Counted from the stretch's first letter, positions 1 to 14,267 are shown. The stretch: 64,000 bases of DNA from Felis catus (GCF_018350175.1 NC_058368.1:13952001-14016000), one strand, 5' to 3'. The notes: generated from the letters alone by a model not told the origin. Program-made: numbers and translations.

Positions 1-1579
1 AGAGCAGTGGGAAGCTATCGAAAGGCTTTAAGCTAAAGGAGTGACATTTACGTTGTAAAAAGATTATCTGGCTGCAGTGGACAGATACAGGGCAAAAGAA
101 GTGGAGATGTGGTCTACTGCTTCGTTCACTGTAGCTGCACAGGGAGTTTTTATTATGGAAGTGATGAAGCTAGAATTAAGCAGGGGAGTTGTTTCCACTT
201 GTTTCCAAGAAGCTTGTTTCCATTTGTAGGGTATTAGTAAAAATAGGTGAACCTAGGTTTTCATTTTCCTTGGATAAATATCTAAGAGTAGAAATGTCAG
301 GATGTATAGGTAAATGTATGTTTAACATCATGAAAAACGTACCAAATTGTTTTCCAAAGTGGCTGTATCATTTGTATTCACATAAGAGACAAGTGAGAGT
401 TCCAGTTGTTTCATACATATCCTTTTCAACGTTTTGTATTATCAGTCTTTTTTATTTGAATCTAGTGGGTGTTTGATTTTGCATTCTCTTAATGTCAAAT
501 GATGTTAAGCATCTTTTCATGGGCTTATATGGCATTTTCATATTTTTTTTGGAAACATCAGTTTAGATCTTTTGCCTGTTTTAAAAAAGTGGGTTATCTT
601 TTTTATTACTAAAATGTGAGAGCTCTTTATATATTATTATATATTCTGAATAGTCGTTAATCAGATGTGATTTGCAAATATTTCTTCTTGGGCTGTGGTT
701 TATCTTTTCACTTTCTTAACAGTATATTAATTTGCGGAAGTCCAGATCATCAGTTTTGTAATGTCCTTTTGTGGCCTGTGTAAGACATATTTGCCAAATC
801 CAAACTCAAAATATTCTTTCCTAGATGTTTTATAGGTTTAACTCTTTCATTTACAAATGGTGTAAAGAGGCAAGGTTCAGTTATTGGCATATGGACGTCC
901 AGTTGTATTTCACTCTTTGTAAATACTGTCTTCCCCCATTATTTATGTTGACACATTTGTCTCTAATCAGTTGATGATGTACTGATTTTATTTTGATTTG
1001 TGTGGGTCTGTGATTGGACTTTCTGTTCTGTTCTGTTGATGTGTATGTTTATTGTAATGGCAATACCACATTGTCTTGATTTATGTGGCTTTGTAGTAAG
1101 TTATAAAGTCTGGTAGTTTAGGGCCTCTCAAGTTTATTCTTCTGTTTTGGATTTGTTTTGCCTATTACATGCTTCTTTAATTTCTGTGTACATTTTAGAA
1201 TCTGTGAATTCCCAACAAAAAGGCAGCATGATTGTGGCTTAGATTGTGTAAAAATATGGGTGGAATTGACATCTTCCAGTCCTTGAATATGGTACATTCC
1301 TACAACTGTTTAGATTTTAGGTCTTTTTTCTTTTCTCTATTTAAAAAAAAAACAAAAGCAAACCCAAAAGTCATAGCAATGTTTTATGGTTTTAAGGGTA
1401 CAGACCTTACACATGTTTAGGTGAATTTTTGAGTATTTCATGTTTTATGCTATCTTACTATTTTTGGTTTTAATATATTCTAATTGTTCTTGCTAATATA
1501 AAGAGAAATATAAGTGATTTTTCTGTATAGATCTTAAATCCTGAGACTAGTAAAATTCTTTATTAACTTGAGAAGCTTT

Positions 1580-1814
1580 TTTATTTTTAAGAGACTTTAG
1601 AGACTTTTTTTCCACTTTTTAAAAATGTTTACTTATTTATTTTGAGAGAGACAGCCAGCACAAATGGGGAAGGGGCAGAGAGAGGGAGAATCCCAAGCAA
1701 GCTCCCCACTGTCAGCATACAGCCTCATGTAGGGCTTGATCCCATGAACAGTGAGATCTTGACCTCAGCTGAAATCAAATTGGAGGCTTAACCAATTGAG
1801 CCACCAGGTGCCCC
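1580..1814 (-). mobile_element. CanSINE
   Basis: tRNA-derived head ...gagccaccaggtgcccc; TSD taacttgagaagcttt / taatttgagaagcttt. Confidence 0.92.
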
Positions 1815-2272
1815 TAATTTGAGAAGCTTTGAGTAGATTTCTTGTGATTTTCTATGTAAATGATTATGATGTTTGTGAATAAAGAGAGTTTTATCTTTTC
1901 CTTTATAATCTGTATGTCTTGGCATTTTGCATTGGCTTGGGCACCTAGGATAATACGGAATAGAACTGGTTGCAGACGAGGATAGCCTTGCCTTATTCCT
2001 GAAAAGCATGCAGTCATTCAGCATTAGGTATGATGTTAGCTGTAGGTTTTTCATAGATAGCTTATATCAGTTGGAGGATATTTCTTTATATTCCTAGTTT
2101 GGTGAAAGTTTTTTTTAATAATGACTAGTTTTGAATTTTGTCAAATGATTTTTCTATACCTTTTGGGATGATCAGATGGCTTTTGTCTTTTCAGTCTGTT
2201 GATAACGGTGAATTACATTGTTAGATTTTTTGATTGGTAAGCTTCCTGCATCCCTGGGATAAATTGTACTTA

Positions 2273-2492
2273 ATTTTTTTTTTTAAATCTACTCATTTTT
2301 TGAAAGAGAGAGAAAGAGAGAAACAGAGCGTGGGAGGGGGAGGGCAGAGAGAGAGGGAGACAGAATCTGAATCAAGCTCCAGTCTCTGAGCTGTCAGCCC
2401 AGAGCCTGACACAGGGCCTGAACTCATGGACCATGAGATCATGACCTGAGCCAAAGTCAGACACTTAACCAACTGAGCCACCCAGGTGCCCC
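2273..2492 (-). mobile_element. CanSINE
   Basis: Full body, (GA)n tract, degenerate TSD taaattgtactta / taaaatgttctta. Confidence 0.92.
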
Positions 2493-3454
2493 TAAAATGT
2501 TCTTATTGATGATGTATGATTCTTCTGTTGTTAACATGTTGCTTATTTAGATTTGCTATATATTTTGTTAAAGTTTTTTTGTGTCTCTGTTCATGAGGAT
2601 TATTTGGGTATAGTTTTCTTTTTCTGATAGTTTTTCTGGTTTTATTATTGTGGTATTGTTGGCTCATAAAATAATGTTGGAAATGTTCCCTCTTTTAAAA
2701 TTTCTGGGAAGGATTATGTAGAGTTCATAGTAAGTAGAGTTCATTTTTAAGTAAGAATTCATCTGGATCTCAGGTGTTGTTTCTGAGAAGATTTGTAACT
2801 ACAAATTCAATTTCTCTTACAGACATAGGACTATTTAGATTTTTTCTTAAAGTAACCTTTGGTAATTTATATCATTCAAATAATTTGTGTTTTTCATTTA
2901 AGTTGTCAAATTGATAGACATAAAATTATTTAGAAGAATCACTTATTACCCTTTTAGTGAATGTGAGATTTATAGTGATGAGTCTTATTTGTGTTGATGC
3001 TAATTTGTATTCCACTCTAGACTTTCTTTCCCAAGGCTCTCTGCCACCCCCATTTTTGATTTATCTGGCTAGTTGAAGAACCAGCATTTGGTTTCATCAT
3101 TCTTCTCTATTGTTTTGACTGTTTTTTGTATCGTTGATTTTTCTTTTGTTTTAGTTACATTTTTAAATTTGTCTTACTTTATGTATGATTTACTCTTTCT
3201 AGTTTCTAAATATGGAATCTAGAGGTAACTGATTTGAAATCTTTCTTCTTTAGTAATATAGGTATTTAATAGCATAAATTTCCCTGGAGCACTGTTTTAG
3301 CTACATGCCATAAATTTTGACATGTTGTGTTTTCACTTTATTTAGTTAAATTATTTTCCTAATTTCCCTGATCACACCTGCTTTGGTAAACAGGTTATTA
3401 AGTATAAGTTTGCCAGAGACTTTCATATTTTTTTTCTGATGTATATTTTTACTG

Positions 3455-3616
3455 ATTTTTTGAGAGGAGCAGGGACAGAGAAAGAGATGGACAGAGGATC
3501 CAAAGCGAGCTCTGCAGGGAGCCCAATACGGGACTCAAACTCATGAACCATGAGATCATGACCTGAGCCAAAATCTAGAGTTGGACGTTTAACTAACTGA
3601 GCCACCCAGGTGCCCC
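3455..3616 (-). mobile_element. CanSINE (shortened)
   Basis: gagatcatgacctgagcc...gagccacccaggtgcccc. Confidence 0.88.
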
Positions 3617-4159
3617 ATAATTTTACTGATTTTTATTTTAACTTTATTGTGATAAGAATTTTAAGCTTTATTGGGATTTCTTTTACAGCCCAGGATAATC
3701 TCATCTTGGTGAATATTTGATAAAGCACTTGAAAATAGTATGCATTATGGCATGGTGGAGTGTTGGGTGGACTGTTTTATATGCCTCCCTAACAGCTAGG
3801 TCAAGCTGGTTGATAATGTTATTTAAGACTTCTATATTTTTACGTTTTTTTTTTTTTGTTGTTGTTGTTGTTCATTTATTCTCCCAGTGCCTGAGAGAGG
3901 AGTATCCAAATTTACAACTAAAATTGCAGACTTGTTTGTTTTTCTTTTGCTCTTTTATTAGATTCATTCTTATTTGGGCTGCTATGCCATTTTGATGAAT
4001 CAACTCCATTCTCCTGATGGAAAGTTCCAATTTTTCTTTTACAAAGTCCGTTTTATGTGATACTAATATTGTTACACCATTTTCTTTTTAATTGTGTTTG
4101 CACGGTGTATCTTTTTTTGTCATTTTCCTTTTAACATATGTCTTATATTTTAGTTCTGA

Positions 4160-4356
4160 GGTCAGTTACCTGCTAGTCATTTCATTGTATAAATATAGTT
4201 TTATTGGAACACAGCCACACCATGTCATTTATGTATTATATGTGACTGCTTTCAAATTACAAATGCAGAGTTGAGTAGTAATGATAGAGACCATAAGGTC
4301 CTGAATGTCTAAAATCTTTATTGTATGGCTCTTTACAATAAAGTTTGCTGGCCTCT
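4160..4356. mobile_element. MER58A-like hAT-Charlie DNA transposon remnant
   Basis: agttttattggaacacagccac...gcagagttgagtag...ctctttacaataaagtttgctggcctct resembles recalled MER58A consensus. Confidence 0.75.
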
Positions 4357-4649
4357 ACAATGTTTTTTGTATATAAAATTTAATTGGATTTCGCTTATTT
4401 TATACATTCTTATAATCTCTGTGTTTTAAGTAATGGTTGTATGTTATTTACGTTTAATGTAATTATTAATATGGCAACATTTCAGTATGCTGTTTTTGCT
4501 ATTTTATATTTATCACACCCCTTTTTTTGTTTCTCTTTTTCCTGTTTCATGTCTGGTTTTGGATTGATTAAATATTATTATTCCATTTTACATTTACTGT
4601 TGATTTATGAATTATACCTATTATTTTTTCTTTAAAATAATACTTTTTA

Positions 4650-5620
4650 AATTAAGCCTTTAGCTTTTAGAGCAGTTTTAGATTCACAGCAAAATTGAGG
4701 GAAAGGTACAGAGATTTCCCATATATCCCTTGCTCCTACACATGCACAGTCTCCCCACTTAACATCTTCTATCAGAGTATATACATTTGTTACAATTGAT
4801 GAACCTATCTGGATACATATAATCATTTCAGTCTAATGGTTTACATTGTGGCTCACTCTTGGTGATATACATTCTGTGGATTTGACAAATGTATAATGAT
4901 ATGTATCCATTATTCTATATCATACAAAGTATTTTCACTGCCTTAAAAATCCTTTGTGCTCCACCCATTTATCTGTCCTTTCACCAACTCCTGGCAATCA
5001 CTGATCTTTTTATTATCTTCATAGTTTTGCCTTTTCCAGAATGTCATATGGTTAGAATCATACAATATGTGGTCCTTTCAGATTGGTTTATCTAATGCAA
5101 TTTAGGTTCCTCTATGTCTTATCATAGCATGATAGCTCATTTCTTTTTAGTGCTGAATAATATTCCCTTGTCTGGTTGTACCAGTTTATCTGTTCACCAA
5201 CTGAAGGACATCTTGGTTGCTTCCTGGTTTTGGCAATTATTAATGAAGGTACTATAAACATCCATGTCCAGACTTTTATGTGAACCTAAGTTGTCAACTC
5301 CTTTGAGTGAATACCAAGGAGAGCAGTTGCTGGACCATGTGGTAAAAGTATGTTTACTTTTGTTAGAAACCACCAAACTTTCTTCCAAAGTGGCTGTACC
5401 ATTTTGCATTTCCATGAGCAGTGAATGAGAGTTCCTGTTGCTCAACATCCTTGCAGCATTTGGTATTGTTAGTGTGTACTAGATATTGGCCATTCTAGTA
5501 GGTGTGTAGTGACATCTTGTTGTTTAATTTGCATTTCCATGATGACATATGATTTGTGGAACATCCTACTGCTTTGTTGTCATCTGTATATCTTCTTCAG
5601 TGAGGTGTCTGTTAAGGTCT
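4650..5620 (-). mobile_element. L1MC-like 3' end nested in the older L1
   Basis: ttttagagcagttttagattcacagcaaaattgag...ggtacagagatttcccata; ORF remnant NSHSLLMEMQNGTATLEESL. Confidence 0.8.
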
Positions 5621-6278
5621 TTGAAATTGTTTCTTTTTTATATTTAGTGTTTTCCTAGAGTTTACAGTATACATTATTATCATTCTCTACCTTCAAATAA
5701 TATACCACTTCAGGTACATAGTAAGAACCTTCTAAAGTATACTATTTCTACCTCTGCTGTCCCTTGTGCTCTTCTAGTCATTGTTTTTTTTTTTTCCTTA
5801 TATTTGTAAATCCCTTAATACATTGTTGGTATTTTTATGAGTATCTTTTAAAGAGTTTTCAAAATGAGAAAAAAAGTCTTTTGTATTTAACAACAGACTT
5901 AACAATTCTAGCATTCCTGAATTTTTTCTGTCATTTCAAATTTCCATCTGGTATCATTTTCCTTCTGCTGGAAGAACTGATTTTAACAATTCATGTAGTG
6001 TAAGTCTGCCGGCAATGAATTCTCTCAACTAGTATTTGCAAAAATTTTTGTTTTGCCTTTATTTATGAGATGGATTAGGGTTTTCAGTGTTAGGCTTGGA
6101 GTTACAATTTAAAAATATATGGTGGTTTGGCAATTAAGACTTTTAATTTTTACTGTATTTTACTCATTAGTTGGCTGCTAGCAGCCAGGTATACTTATCA
6201 TCTGTTTGTTATAGCCTTACAAAGTAATTATAAAAGTGATTATACTGCTTTTGATAAACTGCATGTTGTTTTAAATAT

Positions 6279-6504
6279 TTTTTTTTAATTTTTTTTCAAC
6301 GTTTTTATTTATTTTTGGGACAGAGAGAGACAGAGCATGAACGGGGGGAGGGACAGAGAGAGAGAGGGAGACACAGAATCGGAAACAGGCTCCAGGCTCC
6401 GAGCCATCAGCCCAGAGCCTGATGCGGGGCTCGAACTCACGGACCGCGAGATCGTGACCTGGCTGAAGTTGGACGCTTAACCGACTGCGCCACCCAGGCG
6501 CCCC
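6279..6504 (-). mobile_element. Young felid SINEC_Fc-type CanSINE
   Basis: CpG-rich body; perfect TSD tgttttaaatat (6267-6278 / 6505-6516). Confidence 0.95.
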
Positions 6505-9500
6505 TGTTTTAAATATATTTTAAAGGAAGCACTCACTTTGCTTTCTCCTCCATTCCCTAGAGTTTTTATGGACTGTATTTGTAGCACCATTTGTTATACT
6601 CTTGGGTATAGTTATTTCTATGCCATAGAAAGATTACCAATACAAATTAATTGTAGAGATGACTATTGTGAAAGAAATAGGAAGCAAGCAGTTTTGTATT
6701 TTTCTTGCCTTAGTGTGTCATCTGGGTTTAGGATCATTTACTTTTATTACGTTCATGTCCAAATTATAAAGTATTTCCTGTTATGTACTAAAAATTTATC
6801 TACAAGTCATTTACTATGCACACAGCAGATCTTGAAGATGACATGACTGAGGGAGTTACGTATGTATGTCTTGGGGGTGGTTTCTTTAGTATTGATATAC
6901 TTACTTCTATATAATACTGACAAAGTAAGAAAAATTCTGATGTTGACACTAGCTTTGGGACCTTGGGCTGGTTATACAGATTAATCTTCATTTTCTTGTT
7001 TGAGATACTGCCTCACAGAATTATGAGAATTAAATGGGACTGTATATACATAAATTACTCAGTACATAAGTGTTCATGAAATGGTGGTTCTTAATTTTTA
7101 TATTTCCTTTTTTTATTTCTTTGTAAAATTATAGGTACAAGTGTATCTCAAAGATGCCTTCTTTAGAGGTTAATAATTCAAGAGCTTTAAAATTTAGATT
7201 GTATCTGCTTCTAGAAGTAATTTGATTGACTTATAGGAAAGGACATCTGTGGAGAAAGAGAAAGAAAACAATATGTAAGCAGGAGGACAGAATAGAGGAA
7301 GGAGATAATCAAGACCAATGTATCAAAATTTGAACATTAATTTTTTTTCTCCTTAGATGGGCCATATTTCTTGTTTCTTTGCATGTCTCATAACTTTTTG
7401 TAGGAGACTGGACATTTTGAATATTGTCATGTGGTAACTCTGGACATCAGATTCTTCTTTCCCCTGTGTTGGTTGTTGCTGTTGTGGGTTGTTTGATTAG
7501 TGATTTTCTAAAGTACGTTTCTAAGTCTGTCCTCTCTGTCGTGTGTAGCCATTGAAGTTCTGTTTGTTTGGTGATCAGCTGATGTTTTGACAGAATTACT
7601 TTAAATGCCTGGAGTCAAGGAAAGAAAAAAAGAAGAAACAAAAAAATACTCTTCCCATCTTTGCAGAGTTGCTCTTTTGAGACACTCCTGTGGTGCTTAG
7701 TCGGGCTGTTTACAGCTCTCCACCAGCTTTTGCTTCCTACTAGTGTAGAGCCTAAAGGTCAGCTACAAGTGAAAGGTTAGGATCTTTGTAGGCTTTTTTG
7801 ATGTGCAACCTGCCCTGGGCATGCAAGCAGTAGTGTACAGGAGAGCCTTTCGAAGACCGTATACCCACACGTACCTTCTTTCCCCACGTCTTCCTTCCCA
7901 GGCTTCTGGTCTGTCTATTGCTGTCCCAAGTACTGTCTGCAGCTCAGACTGCTGCAGCTAATACCTGTGGCTTTAAATGCTTTTAGTGAAAGTGTCCTAG
8001 CCCTGGGGATATTCTAAGTTTGGTGAAACAAAGACAGTTCTTTGCACCTGTCCTTTGGGAAGCTGCCAGATAGGTTGACACCTACAACCTTGAGTATAAG
8101 ATTCCTGCCACTTTCTGGAACTAGAAACCCTCACACTTGTGCAGGATGGATGCTGTCCTGATGACTGTTGCCCTCTGGGATGTGGGGGATTGTAGATGGG
8201 ACATGCCTTTTATCACAAAACAGTGGCTGTTTCTTCACAAAGTCTTCCTCTGGTTGCTGTACATTTGTGTCTTGATTCCAGAATTTTTCAGAAGTTGATT
8301 TTGATAGTTTCTGCCAGCTCATTAGTTTTTTAGGGAGAACATTGCCCCGGAGTTGCCCATTCTGCCAGTTTTTGGTGATGTGATCTTTTTCAAGGGAAGA
8401 TATTGTATACTGATTTCACTTGAAAATAGTTAGAAACTGGAAGTGGATATAGAATTAAGCCAGATTTTAACAACTTAAAATTGTGTGTACTGTACCTAGT
8501 ACCTTACTAAGTCAAGAGTACAAATCTTCTGAATTTTATTCGTTAAAGATTACATATTTTCCAAGTAGTAATAGAAGAAAAAGTTAGGCGACCTTAGTGT
8601 ATAAACAGGAATGAGAAAACATCTCTGGCTTTGTAATCTCCCCCCGCCCCCCAGCATTTAAAAAGTTATATGGCAACAAGAGCAGTTCATTACTGAAGGA
8701 GAAAAGGGAAACACAGTAGAAGGTCTGGCTTACAACTAGACCCTCTTTCCCTTCCTCCTGCCCTCCCATCTTGCCATCTTCCCCATTCCATGTGAAACAC
8801 TGAATAATTTTCATGGGCTAAAGGCATAGGTGTAGTGGATACTTAGATAAAAACGGTCCTTACTCTTACAAAGCTTATTGTAATGTGGGGAATAGAAAAA
8901 AATTTGTAAACAGCTGTATCATGCAGTGATTGCTATGGTGTGCGTGGTGGGTATATTGGGAATTCAGAGAAAGGCCATTTTTGTAGGTAACGGGAAGGCT
9001 TTCTGGAGTTAGTGGTTGCAGGTTTAATGGAAGTTAACAAATATAAAAGTTGGGAGAGAACTCTGTGTCATGTATAGAGAGTAAGTAACATCTATGAAGT
9101 TTTAGATGCAATGAGAGATCTGCAATGCAGAAATTGTTCCTGTGACATTAGCGCGGAAATGGAAAGTAGAGGAAGCTGAAGCTGGGGTGTTAAATTGTGG
9201 CTTTATAGGTAGCGTGTCCTAGTTTAGAATTTATCCAGAAGAATAAGTTGCAAAGAAATTTAAATGGTTTATAATTGTCCAGTCTGATCTACTTAATGAA
9301 AAATAATTATCACATATGATTCAAATAAGCTAAGATTTCAAAATGAAGATATTTAAAAGCTTTATATTAAAAAGATAAAAGATATTAAATTGCTAGTAAC
9401 TTTAGTACTTTCAGAAGATAATATTTTCCAAGTCAGCATTTTATGTTCCAAATTTTTATATAATAAATTTTATTTACTTTATGTAAATAAGTTATTTCAT

Positions 9501-11279
9501 TTAAAAACCTCAGCTATGATACTTATTTTATATAAATTCACTTATGACCAATTCTTGAGTAGGAAGAACCATTGTGGGCCACTTTTCTTGCAGTGGTAAT
9601 ACCTTTTAGAATTTTAAGGAGAAGGCCTGGAAGAAAAGAAGACTGTTACCTTCAAATAGAATATTACATTGACATGTTCAGATTTACAGGAAACTTAATT
9701 GATTTATATATCTTGTTTATACTATGGTAACAGTGATTTTGGTTCTTTTGATTTAGCTTTTTTAGCCTTCTTATGTCATTTTGTTTGATTTTTAAATGGT
9801 TTTCCTATGATTTTTTTTTTTAGTGTTTATTGCTAATTTTCCTGTAATTGAGCCTTAAAATTGAGTCTTCCACTTTCTTGCCAAAATAACCTTAAGTAAA
9901 TTGGTTGCTTTTTAAAATGAAAAAAAAAAAAAACAAATTAAAACTTTACTACCTCTGGATGTTTTATTGCTTACCCATAGAAATTATTTTCTCTTTCCTT
10001 TTCTCCCACACAGAGTTCATAAAACACTGATTTCTTTGTAAAACTACCATAATACATCCCATTTCTATTTTTTAGGTTTGTACTTCTGACTTCATAGGAA
10101 GGTATTTAGGTTCATTATTCAATAGATTAGAATCCTGGATTGCTTATATGTGACCTTGTTCATGCTGCTTAATCTCATTTATTTTCATTTCTAGGAGGAC
10201 GATTATGCCTTTCCTCATAGGATTGTTAAAGAATGGTTTAAGTAATAAAGGCCAATTGTTTCTACTTTCTCTTACATGTTTTAGTTTGGTAAATATTGAA
10301 CCACTCATTTTTAAGTGGGGAATAAATATTTCTCTAATTTTAGAATGATAGTTTTGTAAGCACTTAGCCTTATTCACATTAAAGTATTAAAAATTATAAT
10401 AAAGGTGACAAAGACCAGCTGAAAATATACGACCACTTTACAAAATCTACAATAAATTTTTTTACAGCTGCTGGCAAAGAAATCAGAGAGCCAGACTGTA
10501 CTCTTTTGTAATTAAATGATATATAGAAAGGAGCATTGTTTTTTAACTGAAAGATGGAACCGTAAGCTTCACATAACAGAGCCTGATTGTTAGAATTACA
10601 CATATTAATTGTTAATTCCTTTAAAAGCAGACTATTTTTTTTCTTCCCACTGAGCCCATCTCTGTTATTTACACATTACATAATGGTTGTTCGTTATGCC
10701 AGACTCAACTGAAGCCCTTACAATTCATTTAGGAGATTAGTCTAAAAAATTCTTTAGTGTTCTCCCATTTTAATGTATCCTAATTCTCACACAGATTATT
10801 TAGAGGCTCAGTAGACTTTTACCTTGGTATCTACTTCTGTTAGTGTAGTCAGTAAGTGTTCACATCATTGATTTTCAAACCTGTGGTTTATTTTTCTCTA
10901 TATGGTTCTCTTTTAGATTACCTCTTCTGTGTTACTAGCCACTGGTCTACAAGGTTCATAGTAGTGACCCAGGTCAATTGGGTATATAATAGTGAAAAAG
11001 CAAACAGTTCTTTGATAAGACCATGGTATGGTGAAAAGATGTTTGAGTTGTTTTTCACAGATCTACAATTAATATCTAAGAGAGTATATAATCCACAGCA
11101 GTTTGACATTTGCTGGAAACAAGGTGTTAAGCTAGCTGTTTCATGGTACTTCAGACATACGTGATCAGATGGCTACTTTTTTTTTTTAAGCTCAAAGCTG
11201 GGGTTATAAGAGAACTGGTCATATCTCACCTTAGCTGAATGCTGGCTATATGCCTGACTTTGTTCCTAAGGGTTTAAAC

Positions 11280-11460
11280 CCAGTTATGTTATTTAATCCT
11301 CATAACAACAACATTATTAGATAAGGAACTTTCATTCCCATATTAAATGAAGTAACTGAGACCTAGAGAAGTAGAGTCATTAAGGTCACACAGCAAGTGA
11401 GTAATACAGCTAAAATCTGAATCCAGGAAGTCTGAATTCGGAGACAATCTCTTGACTATT
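11280..11460 (-). mobile_element. MIR SINE remnant
   Basis: atttaatcctcataacaac...aactgag...aaggtcacacagcaagt...tgaatccagg. Confidence 0.75.
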
Positions 11461-11790
11461 CTTGTAGCTATTTTTGTTAATAAGGCAAATAGGAGGAGTT
11501 GAAGTTGTTTCATACACAGAAATAAAACCAGCCTTTAACCTGAGAGAATATCTAGGTTTGTTTAAAAAAAAAATCAGAAATTAGGATAAGGGCTAGTTTC
11601 TCATAAAGTTGAGTTTTAGAGCTGTTACAGAGAAAAATACACACATAATGTATTCTTTTAAAATTTGAGAATTTTGTTTTTAAATTCTTAAATTTCAAAA
11701 GACTTTAAAAATATTCTTAAATGAGATTTTATTGCTTATATGGACTTGTATGAAGACAGAATTATTCTGATCCTGGGATCAAATCCCAGG

Positions 11791-12017
11791 TTTTTTTTTT
11801 TTTTTAATTTTTTTTTAATGTTTATTTATTATTGAGAGATAGACACAGAGCGTGAGCAGGGGAGGGGTAGAGACAGGGGGAGACACAGAATTCGAAGCAG
11901 GCTCCAGGCTCTGAGCTGTCAGCACAGAACCCGACGTGGGGCTTGAACTCATAAACTGCGAGATCATGACCTGAGCTGAAGTCAGTCGCTCAACCAACTG
12001 AGCCACCCAGGAGCCCC
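11791..12017 (-). mobile_element. CanSINE inserted into a + strand MIR (about 11770-12230)
   Basis: Perfect TSD tcaaatcccagg; MIR core tatctgtaaaatgaagataataatag resumes downstream. Confidence 0.93.
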
Positions 12018-12230
12018 TCAAATCCCAGGGTTTTGATTCTGGATCCTGTATTTACTAGTTCTGTGATCTTTTCCAAATTAAATTTTCTTGGCCTATTTTT
12101 CTTTATCTGTAAAATGAAGATAATAATAGCTTTTTTCTCATACGTTGTTGGGAGAATTAAATTATTTAACATATGTAAAGCCCTTAGAATGAATAGTACT
12201 AAATGATGTATGTAAGGTTACCTGGCAGTG

Positions 12231-12231
<1 letters not shown>

Positions 12232-12263
<32 letters not shown>
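12232..12263. repeat. (TAT)n microsatellite
   Basis: Directly visible. Confidence 0.95.
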
Positions 12264-12265
<2 letters not shown>

Positions 12266-12983
12266 CTTATTTCATAGCCTGTGATCATCCACCCTTATAA
12301 TGAATATTTTTCTTTGATAAAACATTCTACTTCTTGATTCTAATTTCTGGTACTTACCTGCCCCTAAACTTATTTTTCCTTTGCTTCTTTTACTTAACTA
12401 CTTACATTTTATGTCTTCTTAAGCTCTATGTAACTTATAAACCAATTTCAACTTTTGGGGAGATAAGATGTAATATGCATGCATATGTACATATATACAT
12501 CTTTATTTCTGGAACTTAACACTGTTAATGCATGGGTTTTTTCTTGTCTACAGATATATCCCTAGTTCCTAGAATGGTAATTTCTAGTCTTCAGTAAATA
12601 AGATATTTATTAATGAATGAATGACTTCAGATTTGTCAGGCATTTTGTATATGGCTGTTTCTAAATTTTCCATTCTTTAGACCAGAAACATACCCATTTT
12701 ATCAATGTTTTTCTTTAAAAATGGTACTTACAACAATGTAATTAATACATCATATGTGAATTGATTAAGGGAGAATAAGAGTATCATCATATACTTTATT
12801 ATATGTGTATTTATCCATCACTGCACTTAAAGTAGCATTTGAGGGGGGACAGTAGTACTTTTGACTCATTTTTGACATAATGTCACAAGTCAAATACATT
12901 GCTATTAAATCATCTTTGTGTATCAATTCACATTTTTACAAATACAGTATTATAAAATACTAGGTATATATCTTTCAAGCATT

Positions 12984-13202
12984 AAAAAAATTTTTTTAAT
13001 GTTTATTTTTGAGAGGGAGAGTGTGCATGTGCAAGAGAGAGTGGGGGAGGGGCAGAGAGAGAGGGAGACACAGAATCTTAAGCAGGCTCCAGGCACTGAG
13101 TTGTCAACACAGAGCCCTACGTGGGCTCGGACTTAAAAACCATGAGATCATGACCTGAGTGGAAGTTGGACACTTAACGGACTGAGCCACCCAGGCATCC
13201 CT
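12984..13202 (-). mobile_element. CanSINE
   Basis: Full body ending gagccacccaggcatccc. Confidence 0.92.
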
Positions 13203-13431
13203 CTTTTAAGTATTTTTTAACATAGATTCTGTCATTTTCACATTAACTATAAGTTTGCTGGTATCAGTTTCATATTTCTGTAGCTTCTATACATGAAGAT
13301 TAGGCCCTTTTGTTTCTCTTCTGTTACATCTATTTGTCAGTCTAGTACTGTCACAAAAGAAATTTCAGGTATTAAAATTTATCCCTAGTGAATTCTTCAT
13401 TTTCTAATGAGTATCACTTTTAAGTGCCAGG

Positions 13432-13463
13432 CTTTTATTTTTTATTTTATTTTATTTTATTTT

Positions 13464-13506
<43 letters not shown>

Positions 13507-13719
13507 GAACTTGCAAGCACTAGCAAGGAGGGGCAGAGGAAGAGGAGGAGAGAGAATCTTAGGCAGGCTCCATGCCCAGCACATAGCCCTGTACTGGGTG
13601 TGGGGACTTGGGGGGGGCAGGTGCAGGGAGGGGGGCTGCTGGATCTCATGACCTTGAGATTGTGACCTGAGCCGAAATCAAGAGTCAAATGCTTAACTGA
13701 CTGAGCCACCCAGGAGCCC
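13432..13719 (-). mobile_element. CanSINE with expanded (GA)n and an internal G-rich expansion
   Basis: (TTTTA)n tail, (GA)n, head gagccacccaggagccc. Confidence 0.9.
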
Positions 13720-14035
13720 AGGGGCCAAACTCTTTCTCTTTTTCATAGGAATTTGTCATGAATCCTACCCAGTAGTCATCCACTATTTTGCTCTGCTAGA
13801 TTTGAAATTGCCTTTTTCCATTAAAAAAAAAAGATTTTGCTAGTTTTAATTCTTACAGCACCTTTATCTATGGCTTTCACATTTTTATCAAAATTAGTTT
13901 TAGACTAGAAGACTTCAAATTTTTTAGAGTAGCTATGCTCTCCTGCTAGTTGAATTCTTTTATTGTTTTTAATTTATTGTTGTAAATGATCTCTCATGTT
14001 ATCATTAGTTATTGTTTCTTTTTGTTCATTTTCAG

Positions 14036-14267
14036 CTGGTTGGTGGAGAATTTGACTTGGAGATGAACTTTATTATCCAGGATGCTGAGAGTATAACATG
14101 CATGACAGAGCTTTTGGAGCACTGTGATGTAACATGTCAAGCAGAAATATGGAGCATGTTTACAGCCATTTTACGAAAAAGTGTTCGGAATTTACAGACT
14201 AGCACAGAAGTTGGGCTAATTGAACAAGTATTGCTGAAAATGAGTGCTGTAGATGACATGATAGCAG
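14036..14267 (+). CDS. NBEA: Neurobeachin coding exon (human exon 2 equivalent), 232 nt, [12 protein letters not shown]...VDDMIA
   Basis: Acceptor ttttcag|CTG, donor GCAG|gtatgg; translation matches recalled NBEA N-terminal region; starts phase 0, ends phase 1. Confidence 0.97.

Larger units (their letters stand above)
230..4640 (-). mobile_element. Ancient L1 (L1M-type) ORF2 remnant, interrupted by SINEs and MER58; probably continues at about 5625-6060 and 7335-8380
   Basis: T-rich antisense L1 motifs (ttttccaaagtggctgtatcatttgtattc, aataccacattgtcttgatt, ccttgccttattcctga); boundaries approximate. Confidence 0.75.
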
